Positions 27,648 to 38,413 of a stretch of DNA of 64,000 nt are shown here, piece by piece (within the stretch, counting starts at the first letter, position 1; the number at the start of each line of letters is the position of its first letter). The translations under genes were made by a program, and so were the position numbers. This DNA comes from a virus (lineage: Duplodnaviria > Caudoviricetes): IMG/VR virus record IMGVR_UViG_3300026522_000028, positions 1-64,000 of that record; one strand, written 5' to 3'. Below the pieces are notes generated by a model, which saw only the letters and a list, made by a program, of their open reading frames with translations, was not told where the DNA came from and did no database searches.

Positions 27648-30600
27648 TCATCTGAATCCATAGTGCCGCTGGCGTCCAAGGATGGCCTGCACCGCCCTCG
27701 GATTTTCGGCGAGCGCTTTCATAACATCGTCGCTCGATGCGTGCGTATTGAGGATAACGACACCGCCGCCATTGCCTCTATCGCCGCCCATCTTCTTGAT
27801 GGTATTCGTCTGGTCTACCATCAGTTCCTCCAAGCGTTTGTTGGAGTTCTCGTGGGTAAGACTCTGCGCTTTCTTCGTAGCAATCGGAGAGAGCTGCGGG
27901 ACATACGGCGTCGGACTGATTGCCCCACCAGCGGCGTACTTGCCGTAGTTCATCTGGTCGAGCTGGTCTTTGCCAATGCGCTTCGTCGCCTCGGCAGTCA
28001 TCACGTACTCACCATTGGAGAGGTACACGAACTTGTCCTTGTTCGCGAGGTATGCAAGGATGCTATCGGACGTACCCGTGCCAGCACCACGGATTGCACC
28101 GCCAGCCTGACCGCCGCCAGCGTATCCGATGATACCACCCGTTGCTTTCTTATCGACGGAGCCACCGTTTGCATGGTGGCCGAACAATCCGCCGATCCAC
28201 GGATCGAGCCAGCGATTCATCAGGATATTCAATGCAAGCTGTCCGATGCTCTTCCACAGATTCTTGAACGAATCAGCGAAGGATTTTCCTTCGAGGAGCA
28301 CATCGGAAAACATCGTATGGAACCCATTCGTAATCGTAGTCTGGAGCTGCCGAGCAGAATCGTTGATGACATCATCGCACTTCTTCGTCTCCGTAGCTAC
28401 ATTGTGAAGCTCCGTGATGGTGTTGCGCATCGTGACATTACCAAGGTTCTTCGTCTGCTCAATGCTTTCGTCGATGTCTTGGAGATGTTCTTTCTCCGTG
28501 TTGAGCTGGTTATTGATTTCATCGCGCTTACGAATAACAGCGTTCAATTCCTCAATCTCAGCTGGATTTCCTTTGGCTTGCAACTCCTTGACCTTTGCGT
28601 CCTGTTTATCATACTCTGCCTGTACTGCATTTACGCTCTTCTGTGCGACAATCCTGTCGTTCCCCATCGTCACTAAGTCTTCGTCGGTCTGTTTCATCGC
28701 GGCCACAAGGTTCTCGTTGAGCTTCTTCTTGTAGTTATCGAGGATTTCCTTCTTCGCTTTCGCAGCCTCCTCATTGGCTTTGTACTGGGGCATACGGTTA
28801 TCCATCGTCTGTTCGTTGTAGTAATTGTCAACCTCGGACATCTGCGTCTTTACGTAGTCGCTCTGCGTCATGTGGCCGACAACATCAGCGTAATTCCCAC
28901 GGGCTTTCAGAGAAGCGGTGAATGCCTCGTCGTATCCAGCTTTCGCCATCTGGTTATTTTTGACGGCCTGCTGCAAGTCCTTCGAGTTCTGCGCTTTCGA
29001 CGCAAGCTCGTTCTGCGATTCGTCCGACAGTTTGCCAAAGTCCGTATTGCCGATAGCCGCAAGGACATCATTGTGCTTGCCATCGTGGAGCGTTGCCCAC
29101 AGATCATTGTTCGTCTTCGTCTTCGCGGCTTTCCAAAAGTCCACGTTCTGCGTAGTCTGCGCGACCTGCACTCTGGCATCTTTGAATGCATCGGCATGCT
29201 GTTGCGGATCGAGGTTGCCACGAATCTTCTGCCCGAACTCAATGACGGCCTGCGTTGTCTCGTGGAGCTTCTTTGCCAACTGGTCGAACTGACGCTTCAA
29301 TTCGATGCCGCTCTTGTTCCACGAATACAATCCCTTCTGCGTTCCTTTCCATGCGTCAACAATCTGAACACCAGCGCCTTTGACAGAGATGCCAGCCGCG
29401 CTGAAATCAGCGGAAGCCGCCTTTGCTGTCTGCGAGAAATCAGCGGCAGCACCGCCAGCATCACTGACATGGTAGTTGTCACCTGTGGTTTTACCCGTCC
29501 AGTTTGCGCGGTCGTATTCGTCGTAAACACGGAGCCCGTGAGCCTCGGCCCATTCTGTCATCTTTCCACGGAAATCTGCATCGTAGAAAAGGTCGGATAC
29601 AAGGTCAGCCGCCTTGCCAGCAGCATGGTTCGGGTCATCGTGACTGCCGCCAGTCGTTGACGTTACCTCGAAGTCCTTGTCGCTTCCAGCGAGAATCTGC
29701 GCGGCGCGAAGGAAGTGTTCATGGAACATCGCAAGCTTCGTAAGGAACTCTGGATCGAGAGCATCGGAGTCATCCCATTTGATGTCATAGTTCGCACCGA
29801 GAACTCCTGTCGGCGTAGCGTCGATGTCACCCGTGGTATTCACAGGAGCAGCAGCTTTCCTGTTTCCCTCATTGGCATACATGTCGATGTTGCGGGCATA
29901 ATCGTCCTGATTGGCATCGTGGTTCCATCCATCGGATGCGATGTTACCATTGTCATCTAAGTCGATAAGGTTTACAAACTCTGTTGCCGTTGGTGCGCGG
30001 AGAGCCCGTGCTCTTTTACCATCGACACCATCGGCATAGTATTCGTAGGCATAGGCTTTTTCAAAGTCTTCATCCGACGCGTACTGATGCCATGGGCCGA
30101 TGCCAGCATAGTTGTGGTACTGCTGCTGCTGTGCACCGTACCCACCTTCGGCCATCATCTGTCCATAGAGGAAGTCAGAGTTGACCTGCGCCCCGCCGAG
30201 ATGTTCGGAGATGATGGCGGCGGTTTCGTCAGCAATCTTACGAAGCTCTGGCGATGTGTAGCCGCCGTTCTCGTAGTCATGAGAGTTCGCAACGTAGCCG
30301 CTGCTTACCTTGTGATTGTTCTCGTCATCGAAGTCATCGCCGTTCTTCGGAGCGCGGGTGCTGAAATCATAGCCAGCAAATGATGTTCCCTTGTCGCCCT
30401 TGGTGAGATGCGTGGTATATGCGTCGAGCTGCCCACGGATGTCTGCGTTCGGGTAGAGTGCCGCAAGGACATCAATCGCAGACATCCCCGGCTGCTTGCG
30501 GTCGTAGTATTTCTGCCCAAGGAGGAACGCAGAACGCATCGGATTCTCGCCGCCTGTCTGGAATGGGTCGGTGAGTCCTTCGAGGCTTCCCTTGTCAATA

Positions 30601-33600
30601 CCACCGAGTCCATTGGCAATCTTCACGAGAGCCAGCATCGTCGCGGTGTCTACGCCTTCCTCGCTCAGATAGTGACCGAGGTTGAACGAAGCCTGCGCCG
30701 TCTCCGTGTCGTACTCGTAGATTTCCTTGTCATCCTTCGGAGTGTGCGGCGTCTTTCCCTTCGGCGTTCTGGAGTTTGTATAGTTGTTCGGGTCTTGGTA
30801 TCCGTTGTCGTGCGACGTTGCGATACCATCGGTTTCATCGTCGCCAGTGATGAGCGCAGCAGCAGCATCGGAGTCACCAGCCATTTTTTCGAGGTTAGCG
30901 GCTTCACCCTCTCTGTCATCGTTGACATCTTCAAGCGTAGCCGTGTAATCGCCAATAGCAGCAGCAGCTCCGTCAATAATAGATTCAGCGTCATGCTGAG
31001 AACCACCGTGTTCACTAATCATGTGGACAGCGTTCTCGTTGTCCTCAAGACCTTCCTCACGAAGTCTCGCCGCTTCAGCCCTTGCTGCGTCTGGGCCACC
31101 AATGCCGTCGATACGACTATCGCGTGCAAATCCAAACCAACCAAGGAAACTCTTGTCGCCAGCCTTGTCTCCATAGGAGTTTGCAAGGTCTTCCAGTTCT
31201 GCGGCTTCTTTGATTTTGAAATTGCCGACGGCAGCTTTGAAGCCTGCGATGAGCGACCAGAGAGCACCATAGGCTGTAGCAACCTGTTTGCACGACTGCG
31301 CTTCTTTCTTCATGTTGTCGATGCGCGTCCTTGCATTCTTCACGGACTCATGGGTTGCCGATACATCAGCACGGATTTTCCGAGCTTCCGATCGCATCTG
31401 CTGCGCGTCCTGCTTCAGCTGCTCCGTAGACTTTCCACGGTTAGCAGCGGCAACAGCTTTGATAGTCTGGATATTCATCTTGCCGTTCTCATCGAACTGC
31501 ACGGCGCTCCTACCAAGGATTTCGCTTACGGTCTGCTCAATCTCTCCCTGATGCTGCTTTGCTTTCGTTGCCTCCTCAGTGGTCAGCGTGCCGCTCTTGA
31601 TTTTATCTTCGAGAGCATTGTACTGCTTCGCAAGTTTTTCAGCGGCCTGCCCCTGTCTATCAGCGAGTTCCGCTTCCTCCTGTGCAGAAGCAATGCGCTG
31701 ATCCATCGCGTCCTTCAGTTCCTTCTCTGCATTCGCGGCTTCACCAGCGGCTTCAGCCGAGGAGAGATAGAGCGGAACGAGAACAGTCGCAGCTGTAATT
31801 ACAAGACCAATCGGGCCACCGAATGCCGCGAGAGCAACATTGGCTACGCGCTGTGCCGTCGCAAGAGCAGAGACACCTGCCGCCGCAACTCTGGAACGCA
31901 CACCGAGCGTTCCAGCGGCAAGACCTGCGGCTCTTTCGGAAGCCGCGTTCGCCGTGTTTGCTCCTGCCGCACTACGAGCCGCCGCAGCTTCAACGGTTTC
32001 TGCCGCCGCAGCACTACGGCTGGCCGCTGCATTCCCAGCTTTAGTCGCCGTGTCCCTTGCAGTAGCCGATGCATTCGCATTCTCGGCAGCGGTTTCACGG
32101 GTCTTCGATGCAGTCTCGTTGTTCGTCGCGCCAGATGCCGCAGTTGTAGCCGCAGTATTCCCGCGCTTCTGATTCGAGTTGTTCGCCGTAGCACCAGAGT
32201 TTGCGTTCTCTGCGGCAGTCTCCCTAGCTTTCGATGCGGACTCGCCGTTCGTAACGTCGATAATCGCCTGATCCGTTGCGGCCTTGCCAGCACCATAGAC
32301 AGACCCACGAGCACGCTGGGCTTTGCGATAGTTGTCCCAGACGGTCATCCCAGAGCCACCTGCGGCTTGCGCGTTCTCCGATGCATGATAAGCACCAACG
32401 GCACGCTCGTAAGCACCAACGGCCCTACGCAGTACAAGGTATGCCGTGCCGAGTCCCATGATAACGTCGATGTATTTCTTGACGTGGTTCTGACCGTCAG
32501 CGAAGGATTCATTGAGTTTGTTGATACCGACGATTACATTGTCAATCGTGTTCAACAGATATTTGATTTCATTGAGTCCGCCACCTTGCCCGATTGCCGC
32601 AACGGATTGCGTCATGTCTTCTTTGATCTTCTGGAACTTACGGCTGATGGTATCCATCTGGACTGCGACCTGCTGATCGGTGAACCCCTTCGTGTTGCCG
32701 TCGTTGAGCAATCCCTGCATACGAAGGAGTTCCTTATAGTTCTTCAGAATTGCGGACACCTTCGAATACTGATAGCGACCACCAGAGAGGACGGAGATCA
32801 ATTTCTGCGTGTCTGTGGTTGTCGTGGATACCAACAAGGAGACATCCATGATGACATCTTCCATCGAGCGCATGTGCTTCTTGCCATCTTCGCCGACCTC
32901 GGTCAACTCAATGCCCCATTGCTTCAATGCTTTCGCCGCTTTATCGGACTGCATAGAAACCATCATCGATTTAATCGACTGACCGATTTCATTACCACTG
33001 CGTGCCGTTGCACGAACGCCAGTTTCAACGAGTGCGTTGAAGAAGTCGAAGGAGACGCCAGCCTGTGCCGCAGCAGTACCAGCGTTCTCGATAGCTTCGC
33101 CGATGTCCTGTGCCGATGCAGCACCGTTATGTGCTGTGCGTGTCCAGATGTCAAGGATGTACTGCGAGTTACGCATAAGTTTCGTCGAATCGTTCGTCTG
33201 CAAGTTCCACTGGGACATCGCTGCCTCCAAACCTTTGACGGCGTTCAGCATCGGGAATGCATCGGCAACAGACATCTTCGCTGCTTGCGCCGTGAAAATC
33301 TCCGTGTTCTTTACGCCGTTCTCGCCCTGACCATACATACGACCAATGCTTCTCGCAGCGTCCATGACTTCGTTGGTAGCGACACCGTACTTCGATGCAA
33401 TACCGATGAAGTCCGTCATGGCTTGGTTCATACGCTTCTGTTCCTCAGCAAACTTCGCCGTTCCAGCTTCGTTCGGGTTGGCTTCCATCTGCGGGATGAC
33501 CTGACGAATCGAAGCCATCTGCTGATCGAGCTCTGCAATCTGCGAAAGGATACCAGCGGGAATCGTGAGCGTTGCACCAACCAACATGCCAGAGCCAATC

Positions 33601-35363
33601 CATGATGCGTGCGATCTGATGCGCTGTCCAAGGCTGTACACTTTACGCTCTGCACCTTCGACACCCTTCTGGAAATTCTCGTACTCCTTGCGCGTCGAAA
33701 TGAGAGCGTTGCGGGTAGCGGCGAAGTTCGCAAGGTTCTTCGGCGATGGGTCTTTGAGGTACGTCGCATACAGATTTTCCGTAGCGTTCTGCAAACGATT
33801 GATTTCCTGACGGTATGACATCAGAGGAGCACTGTAGGATTTTGCATTGAGATCACCCATGCTCTTCGCATAGTTCTCAAACGTGTTGAACCGCTCGTCA
33901 TCCTTCAGCGGGTTCGCCGAAATCTTCGCCTGCAAGCCGTACTTTTCACGGAGCGCTGCGATTTCCTTTTCGAGATCGGCGAGAGCCTGTCTGCGACCAT
34001 CGTATTCATCCTTTACCAGCGTCTTGCCCTTTTCGAGATCGATGTTTATCTTACGAACCAGTGCTTCATACTGCTCCGTCTTCGCAACCAAGTCAGCCTG
34101 TGCTTTTTCGAGGTCGCGGGTAGCTTTGTATTCCTGCGGAGTCTGCTGGTAGGCATTGAACTGGTAGTGGCCGTTGTCGTGAATCTTGTTCTCCAGCTCT
34201 TTTGCCTTTGGATAATTCTTCGCATACTGCAACGGAGACATCGGGGAACCCATCTCTTTTGCCATGCGGAGTTCGTAGTTCATCTTCTGCAACTGAGCGA
34301 TGTAGCCAGCCGTGGCTTTCTCTTTGGCTTCGATGTCTGCCAGCTCTTGCCGACGTGCCTCTGCCTGTTCACGCATAGCTTTCTGCTGCTCCTCGAAAGC
34401 CCGCTTGTCTTCAGCGTGAGCGGTGCGTGCCTTTGCCTCAGCCTCAGCTTTCGCCAATGCCTCCGCTTCCTTCTGTGCGGCTTTCGCGGCACGCTCGGCT
34501 TCATCAGCGGCTTTCTTCTGGTTCTGTGCGATTGCCTTGGAACGAGCCTCGATGCCCTCCTGAATCTCCCTGATATTCCCGCGAACTCTACGGTTCTGCG
34601 AACCATCGTTGTCGATACCTTTGAGATAATCCGTCCAACTCTTCTCGGTCAGCAGAGACTTCTTCGTGAAGTCGGCGTCTTTCCCAAACTCTGCGAGGGC
34701 TTTCCGCGCTGCTTCGATGTCGGCAATCTGCTGCTTCCATGCGGACTGCGAAAGTTTGATGCCCTGCTCCCGCTGGCGGTTCGACGATTCCACGAGCTTG
34801 TCGTAGTTCTTCTGTGCCTCCGCGAGTCTGCCAAAGTATTCTTTCTCCTGCGATTCGAGGGAACCAGCTTTGAGTCCCTTCTTCATATCCTTGTAATAGG
34901 ATTCGAGAGCACGCAGGCGAGACATTGTATATTCGATGCCGTTGACTTCAATCTTCGTAGACAGCCCATTCTTCATCATCTGCGAAAGGTTGTCAATGGC
35001 TTTCTCCGTAATACGGAGTTTTTCAGCGTAGGTCTGCAACGCAGCATTCGCACCCTTCGTTGCCACCTGAATACCCTCGATGCCCTTCGCACCTTCCGAT
35101 GCTTCCTTCGCAAGATTGCCATCGGTAATTTTCAGATTGCCCTTCGAGATTTCGCCGAGACTACTCTTCATGCCATCGAGTTCCTTACGAATCTCTCCGA
35201 CTTCCTGCTTCAGCCCTGTGCTATCAAGGGAAATCTTTTCGTTCCTGATTTCCCCGATGGACTTCCGCAGACCGTCAACGTCTTTCGCGAGGGACTGAAT
35301 GGTTTCCTGTGCATTCCCCTTGTTGACCTCTACGGTGTAAACAAGTTTTCTATTCTCTGCCAA
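27648..35363 (-). CDS. Tape measure protein (2571 aa) with muralytic domains
   Basis: TP901-like core (IGEAIENAG, IGQSIKS), Ala-rich repeats, lysozyme-like GQMMAEGG and M15-like H...KAAD...YHVS segments. Confidence 0.9.
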   Translation of the reverse strand: MAENRKLVYTVEVNKGNAQETIQSLAKDVDGLRKSIGEIRNEKISLDSTGLKQEVGEIRKELDGMKSSLGEISKGNLKITDGNLAKEASEGAKGIEGIQVATKGANAALQTYAEKLRITEKAIDNLSQMMKNGLSTKIEVNGIEYTMSRLRALESYYKDMKKGLKAGSLESQEKEYFGRLAEAQKNYDKLVESSNRQREQGIKLSQSAWKQQIADIEAARKALAEFGKDADFTKKSLLTEKSWTDYLKGIDNDGSQNRRVRGNIREIQEGIEARSKAIAQNQKKAADEAERAAKAAQKEAEALAKAEAEAKARTAHAEDKRAFEEQQKAMREQAEARRQELADIEAKEKATAGYIAQLQKMNYELRMAKEMGSPMSPLQYAKNYPKAKELENKIHDNGHYQFNAYQQTPQEYKATRDLEKAQADLVAKTEQYEALVRKINIDLEKGKTLVKDEYDGRRQALADLEKEIAALREKYGLQAKISANPLKDDERFNTFENYAKSMGDLNAKSYSAPLMSYRQEINRLQNATENLYATYLKDPSPKNLANFAATRNALISTRKEYENFQKGVEGAERKVYSLGQRIRSHASWIGSGMLVGATLTIPAGILSQIAELDQQMASIRQVIPQMEANPNEAGTAKFAEEQKRMNQAMTDFIGIASKYGVATNEVMDAARSIGRMYGQGENGVKNTEIFTAQAAKMSVADAFPMLNAVKGLEAAMSQWNLQTNDSTKLMRNSQYILDIWTRTAHNGAASAQDIGEAIENAGTAAAQAGVSFDFFNALVETGVRATARSGNEIGQSIKSMMVSMQSDKAAKALKQWGIELTEVGEDGKKHMRSMEDVIMDVSLLVSTTTTDTQKLISVLSGGRYQYSKVSAILKNYKELLRMQGLLNDGNTKGFTDQQVAVQMDTISRKFQKIKEDMTQSVAAIGQGGGLNEIKYLLNTIDNVIVGINKLNESFADGQNHVKKYIDVIMGLGTAYLVLRRAVGAYERAVGAYHASENAQAAGGSGMTVWDNYRKAQRARGSVYGAGKAATDQAIIDVTNGESASKARETAAENANSGATANNSNQKRGNTAATTAASGATNNETASKTRETAAENANASATARDTATKAGNAAASRSAAAAETVEAAAARSAAGANTANAASERAAGLAAGTLGVRSRVAAAGVSALATAQRVANVALAAFGGPIGLVITAATVLVPLYLSSAEAAGEAANAEKELKDAMDQRIASAQEEAELADRQGQAAEKLAKQYNALEDKIKSGTLTTEEATKAKQHQGEIEQTVSEILGRSAVQFDENGKMNIQTIKAVAAANRGKSTEQLKQDAQQMRSEARKIRADVSATHESVKNARTRIDNMKKEAQSCKQVATAYGALWSLIAGFKAAVGNFKIKEAAELEDLANSYGDKAGDKSFLGWFGFARDSRIDGIGGPDAARAEAARLREEGLEDNENAVHMISEHGGSQHDAESIIDGAAAAIGDYTATLEDVNDDREGEAANLEKMAGDSDAAAALITGDDETDGIATSHDNGYQDPNNYTNSRTPKGKTPHTPKDDKEIYEYDTETAQASFNLGHYLSEEGVDTATMLALVKIANGLGGIDKGSLEGLTDPFQTGGENPMRSAFLLGQKYYDRKQPGMSAIDVLAALYPNADIRGQLDAYTTHLTKGDKGTSFAGYDFSTRAPKNGDDFDDENNHKVSSGYVANSHDYENGGYTSPELRKIADETAAIISEHLGGAQVNSDFLYGQMMAEGGYGAQQQQYHNYAGIGPWHQYASDEDFEKAYAYEYYADGVDGKRARALRAPTATEFVNLIDLDDNGNIASDGWNHDANQDDYARNIDMYANEGNRKAAAPVNTTGDIDATPTGVLGANYDIKWDDSDALDPEFLTKLAMFHEHFLRAAQILAGSDKDFEVTSTTGGSHDDPNHAAGKAADLVSDLFYDADFRGKMTEWAEAHGLRVYDEYDRANWTGKTTGDNYHVSDAGGAAADFSQTAKAASADFSAAGISVKGAGVQIVDAWKGTQKGLYSWNKSGIELKRQFDQLAKKLHETTQAVIEFGQKIRGNLDPQQHADAFKDARVQVAQTTQNVDFWKAAKTKTNNDLWATLHDGKHNDVLAAIGNTDFGKLSDESQNELASKAQNSKDLQQAVKNNQMAKAGYDEAFTASLKARGNYADVVGHMTQSDYVKTQMSEVDNYYNEQTMDNRMPQYKANEEAAKAKKEILDNYKKKLNENLVAAMKQTDEDLVTMGNDRIVAQKSVNAVQAEYDKQDAKVKELQAKGNPAEIEELNAVIRKRDEINNQLNTEKEHLQDIDESIEQTKNLGNVTMRNTITELHNVATETKKCDDVINDSARQLQTTITNGFHTMFSDVLLEGKSFADSFKNLWKSIGQLALNILMNRWLDPWIGGLFGHHANGGSVDKKATGGIIGYAGGGQAGGAIRGAGTGTSDSILAYLANKDKFVYLSNGEYVMTAEATKRIGKDQLDQMNYGKYAAGGAISPTPYVPQLSPIATKKAQSLTHENSNKRLEELMVDQTNTIKKMGGDRGNGGGVVILNTHASSDDVMKALAENPRAVQAILGRQRHYGFR

Positions 35364-35380
35364 AATTCATCACACTCCCA

Positions 35381-35997
35381 TCATTGATCTCCGAGGAGCG
35401 CATGAATGGCATCGTCGCCCTCCAGCACTTCTCCGCTACCAGATTCACCTTCGATATACTTGCGCTCTTCTTCCGCGTTCTCGCCGAGCCCGATGAGCAG
35501 GTCTTCAAGCTGATTGATCCGCAGCTCCTCGATGTCATGCATCGTCATGCTCGTGTTCTTCACGATGGACGCGAAGAGGTTGCGCCAATGGGTTTCCTCA
35601 CCCTTCTTTACATCTGTTTTTTTTTGAAAGAGGAAAGACCAAGGAACATCAGCACGATTTCCTTTGCAATATCGAGGTCGAGCCATTCCTCAATCTGCTC
35701 CCGCGTTTCACGATGGTCGAGCGCGAGTTCGACGATTTCCATCAGGTCATCGACGAAACCGTTGTTGTAATTGATGTTGCCATCGGCATCGCGCTCCACC
35801 TCGCCATCTTCATCGAGGACAGGGGCCAGCATGTAGAGCCCGAAGGTGTCCGCGTTGTATTTCTCCGTGAAGTCCGTGATGGTCTGCAAGTCTTTGAAGC
35901 ATGCGCTGTAGATGCGATGCTTCTTACCGTTGCGGTCGCGGATAGTCTCGTAGAGTGTCAGCGTATTCTCGTTGTTATCATCAGTTTTCTTTGCCAT
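35381..35997 (-). CDS. Tail assembly chaperones G (35608-35997) and GT (via -1 frameshift)
   Basis: A9 slippery run (plus-strand T9 at 35617-35625) at the end of G; the -1 frame reads on to 35381; located between tail tube and tape measure. Confidence 0.8.
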
Positions 35998-36017
35998 GTT
36001 ATCGTACCTCCAATTCT

Positions 36018-36093
36018 GTACCGTTATACCTCTATACCTCTATAACGTCATACCTCTATGGAGGTATGGAGGTATAACGGTATAAACCGTTAT
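36018..36093. repeat. Dispersed copy of the parS-like 8-bp array (both orientations)
   Basis: GTACCGTTATACCTCTATACCTCTATAACGTCATACCTCTATGGAGGTATGGAGGTATAACGGTATA. Confidence 0.8.
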
Positions 36094-36095
36094 AC

Positions 36096-36124
36096 TAAAA
36101 AAAGAGGGAGCCGCAGCCCCCTCA
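36096..36124 (-). terminator. Terminator after the tail tube gene
   Basis: GAGGGG-ctgcgg-CTCCCTC-T7. Confidence 0.7.
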
Positions 36125-36135
36125 GTTTTCAAATG

Positions 36136-36879
36136 TCAGTCAGCAAGGCGCGTGATCGTGATAACCGCGAAATCGTCCTTGCCATCGCCCGGGTCGAGAA
36201 TGTTGACCGTGAGCTCCGGCGTCGATGCCTTGTCACGAGCCGTGTCGATGGAGAACTTACCATCGCTGCGGACGCGGCGTGCATAGAGGTCAATCTGGTA
36301 CTTGTGACCTTCGCTGTCCTCCGTGATGAAGAACCAGTTGAACGTAGCAACCTCCGGCATAGCGTTCTTCAGCATCGATGCCTGAACCGCGTTCGTATCG
36401 TCAGCCTTGTACCAGACACGATACTCACCATCGGCAGCATCCGTAGCAAACGTGAGCTTGCCCGTAGCATCGACCGTGAGCTTGCCCGTAGCCTGACCAT
36501 CCGGGCCAACGACCGTGATGACTTCGACGCCCGTCATCGTTGCGCCAGCGATGAGCTCCGTGTCCGTCTTCTTGACGATGACGCGACCCGTGCGCTTGTT
36601 ACCCGTGAAGGAGAGGTTCGTACCCTGCGAAACCGCAAGCTGCGAGAGCTTGAACTCTGCATTCGTAATCTTCACAGAGCCCTCCTTCTTGGAGATGTAG
36701 GTGTAGAGCGGGAACAGGGAGTCACCACCGTACTGCTCCTCGGACGTAGCGTTGACCTCCATCTTCATGGACTGGGACGTTTCCATTTCAAGAATCTTGC
36801 CAGACACAGTTTCGAGCACACCCTTGCCGATGCCGTGCAGGAGAAGACCCTTGTTGACAATGTTGTCTGCGATTGCCAT
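36136..36879 (-). CDS. Major tail tube protein
   Basis: Size and position between the tail terminator and the chaperones; beta-rich. Confidence 0.7.
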   Translation of the reverse strand: MAIADNIVNKGLLLHGIGKGVLETVSGKILEMETSQSMKMEVNATSEEQYGGDSLFPLYTYISKKEGSVKITNAEFKLSQLAVSQGTNLSFTGNKRTGRVIVKKTDTELIAGATMTGVEVITVVGPDGQATGKLTVDATGKLTFATDAADGEYRVWYKADDTNAVQASMLKNAMPEVATFNWFFITEDSEGHKYQIDLYARRVRSDGKFSIDTARDKASTPELTVNILDPGDGKDDFAVITITRLAD

Positions 36880-36897
36880 TTCACATCATTCCTTTCT

Positions 36898-37299
36898 TTA
36901 CGATAAAATCAGCGGAGTGAACTCCAGCCGATATTTGTAAACATCTTTGATACCGCTGATCCGCTGACCCTCGGCGCGAATGCGTTCATCGAAGGTGTCA
37001 TGAATCAGCTCTACGATTCTTCGACGGATAGCCGTCGTATTATCACGGGAGTCCGCGTAGATGTCAATCCGCAGAATCCCGAGGTTCATAAAATCATTCT
37101 TCGTTGTGTTAGCGTCCGCGAAGTAGAACGCGATGCACGGGAGGTTGTCTGCATCGAACTCGTCGGCATCACGGTCACGTTCGCGGAACTTGTCAGCGTA
37201 TGACGCATCGTCCGTCGTGTCTACGCCGAGCAACGTCGTAAGTTCCGAGTCATTCGTGAAGATGTCCCAGAGCTTATCGATGAACTCATAAGAAGTCAT
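36898..37299 (-). CDS. Tail terminator-like protein
   Basis: Position; ELTTLLG...P.IAF...RIDIYA pattern. Confidence 0.65.
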   Translation of the reverse strand: MTSYEFIDKLWDIFTNDSELTTLLGVDTTDDASYADKFRERDRDADEFDADNLPCIAFYFADANTTKNDFMNLGILRIDIYADSRDNTTAIRRRIVELIHDTFDERIRAEGQRISGIKDVYKYRLEFTPLILS

Positions 37300-37856
37300 A
37301 GCATCGCCCCCGTCATTGCGCGGTCAATCTCTGCGTCAACAGAATCGAGAATCGCGTCTTCCATCATCTTGTTTATCGCCGTGTCTCCCATGATAATCTG
37401 TTTCATCACATGCAGCGGCTCGATAGCTTTGTAGTCCTTATGGAAGTGCCATTGTGATTCCTCGATGTTGATACCATGCGGCATCCCGACACCAGAACCG
37501 TGATGCGGAACGTTGTCGAGGTCTTTGTACATCGGCAACTTCGGGCGCGTTCGAATCTCTGTTCCTTCGCGTTCGTTGTTCCAATACTCGCTATGCTTAT
37601 ACGCAGGGAGGTCTGGGTTCTCGTTTGCGTCATCCATCTTGGAGCCAGAACCATGCTCCAGCAGCCATGCTTTCTGCCCAGATGCCTCATAGGTAGCAAC
37701 GCTCTTGTCATTGTCATACGACAGGTGCGTCTCCAACTTTGCTTTGCCATCTACGTCATTGGCATTCCATTCATTTCGAATGTCTTTACTATTGAGCTGC
37801 ATCGCTTTCCGAAGGACACCGTTGATGTCTCCATTGAAATTCCGAAGGAAACTCAT
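37296..37856 (-). CDS. Neck/tail completion protein (HK97 gp10-like)
   Basis: AWLLEHGSG motif; position. Confidence 0.6.
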   Translation of the reverse strand: MSFLRNFNGDINGVLRKAMQLNSKDIRNEWNANDVDGKAKLETHLSYDNDKSVATYEASGQKAWLLEHGSGSKMDDANENPDLPAYKHSEYWNNEREGTEIRTRPKLPMYKDLDNVPHHGSGVGMPHGINIEESQWHFHKDYKAIEPLHVMKQIIMGDTAINKMMEDAILDSVDAEIDRAMTGAML

Positions 37857-38413
37857 TTCCGATTGTCCTCCGATACCTGCACGTCGAGGAGATCGACGTA
37901 CTTCGCCGTGTCAATGTTGGTGACTTTGTAGTTCCTGCCATTGAGCACGATGCGGTCGAGCAGGTCGATGGGGATGCTCGGCTGGACGATGAACTTCTTC
38001 ACAGTGGTCTGGAGCAGGCCAGCGTCGTACTGGCGCATCGCTGCATTGATGTCCTCGAAATACGTAGGGACACCAGAGGCAACTGTCTGCGTGGTGACGC
38101 CGACCTTCTTGTGATTCACATAGTTATCGACGAACTTCACCACATCGATGCTGCCATTGATGCGCTTGCCCTGCATCTGCGTGCAATCCGCAGAATGCTG
38201 CTTCGCGATGATGACGAACTTCTCGCCAGTCGCAGAGCGCTCAATGATTTCACCGTTCTGGATGTCCGTGTCGTTCTCCGTCACAATGACCTTGCCATCG
38301 GCAATCGTCTTCGGGGACATCGACTTGCCGCGACGGAGCAGCAGGCACTTCTCTGTCTTATCGCGGAACTTGATGTCTTCCATGCGATCCGCGTAGAATC
38401 CGAGGACATTCAT
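37853..38413 (-). CDS. Head closure protein
   Basis: LDRIVLNGRNYKVTNID C-terminal pattern; position. Confidence 0.6.
   Translation of the reverse strand: MNVLGFYADRMEDIKFRDKTEKCLLLRRGKSMSPKTIADGKVIVTENDTDIQNGEIIERSATGEKFVIIAKQHSADCTQMQGKRINGSIDVVKFVDNYVNHKKVGVTTQTVASGVPTYFEDINAAMRQYDAGLLQTTVKKFIVQPSIPIDLLDRIVLNGRNYKVTNIDTAKYVDLLDVQVSEDNRK

Noticed and set aside
30408-33605. 1065-aa plus-strand ORF (also 7770-9113, 34167-35387, 38889-40310, 43106-44263, 14786-16123)
   Set aside because: Antisense shadows of well-supported minus-strand genes; no RBS or recognisable motifs.
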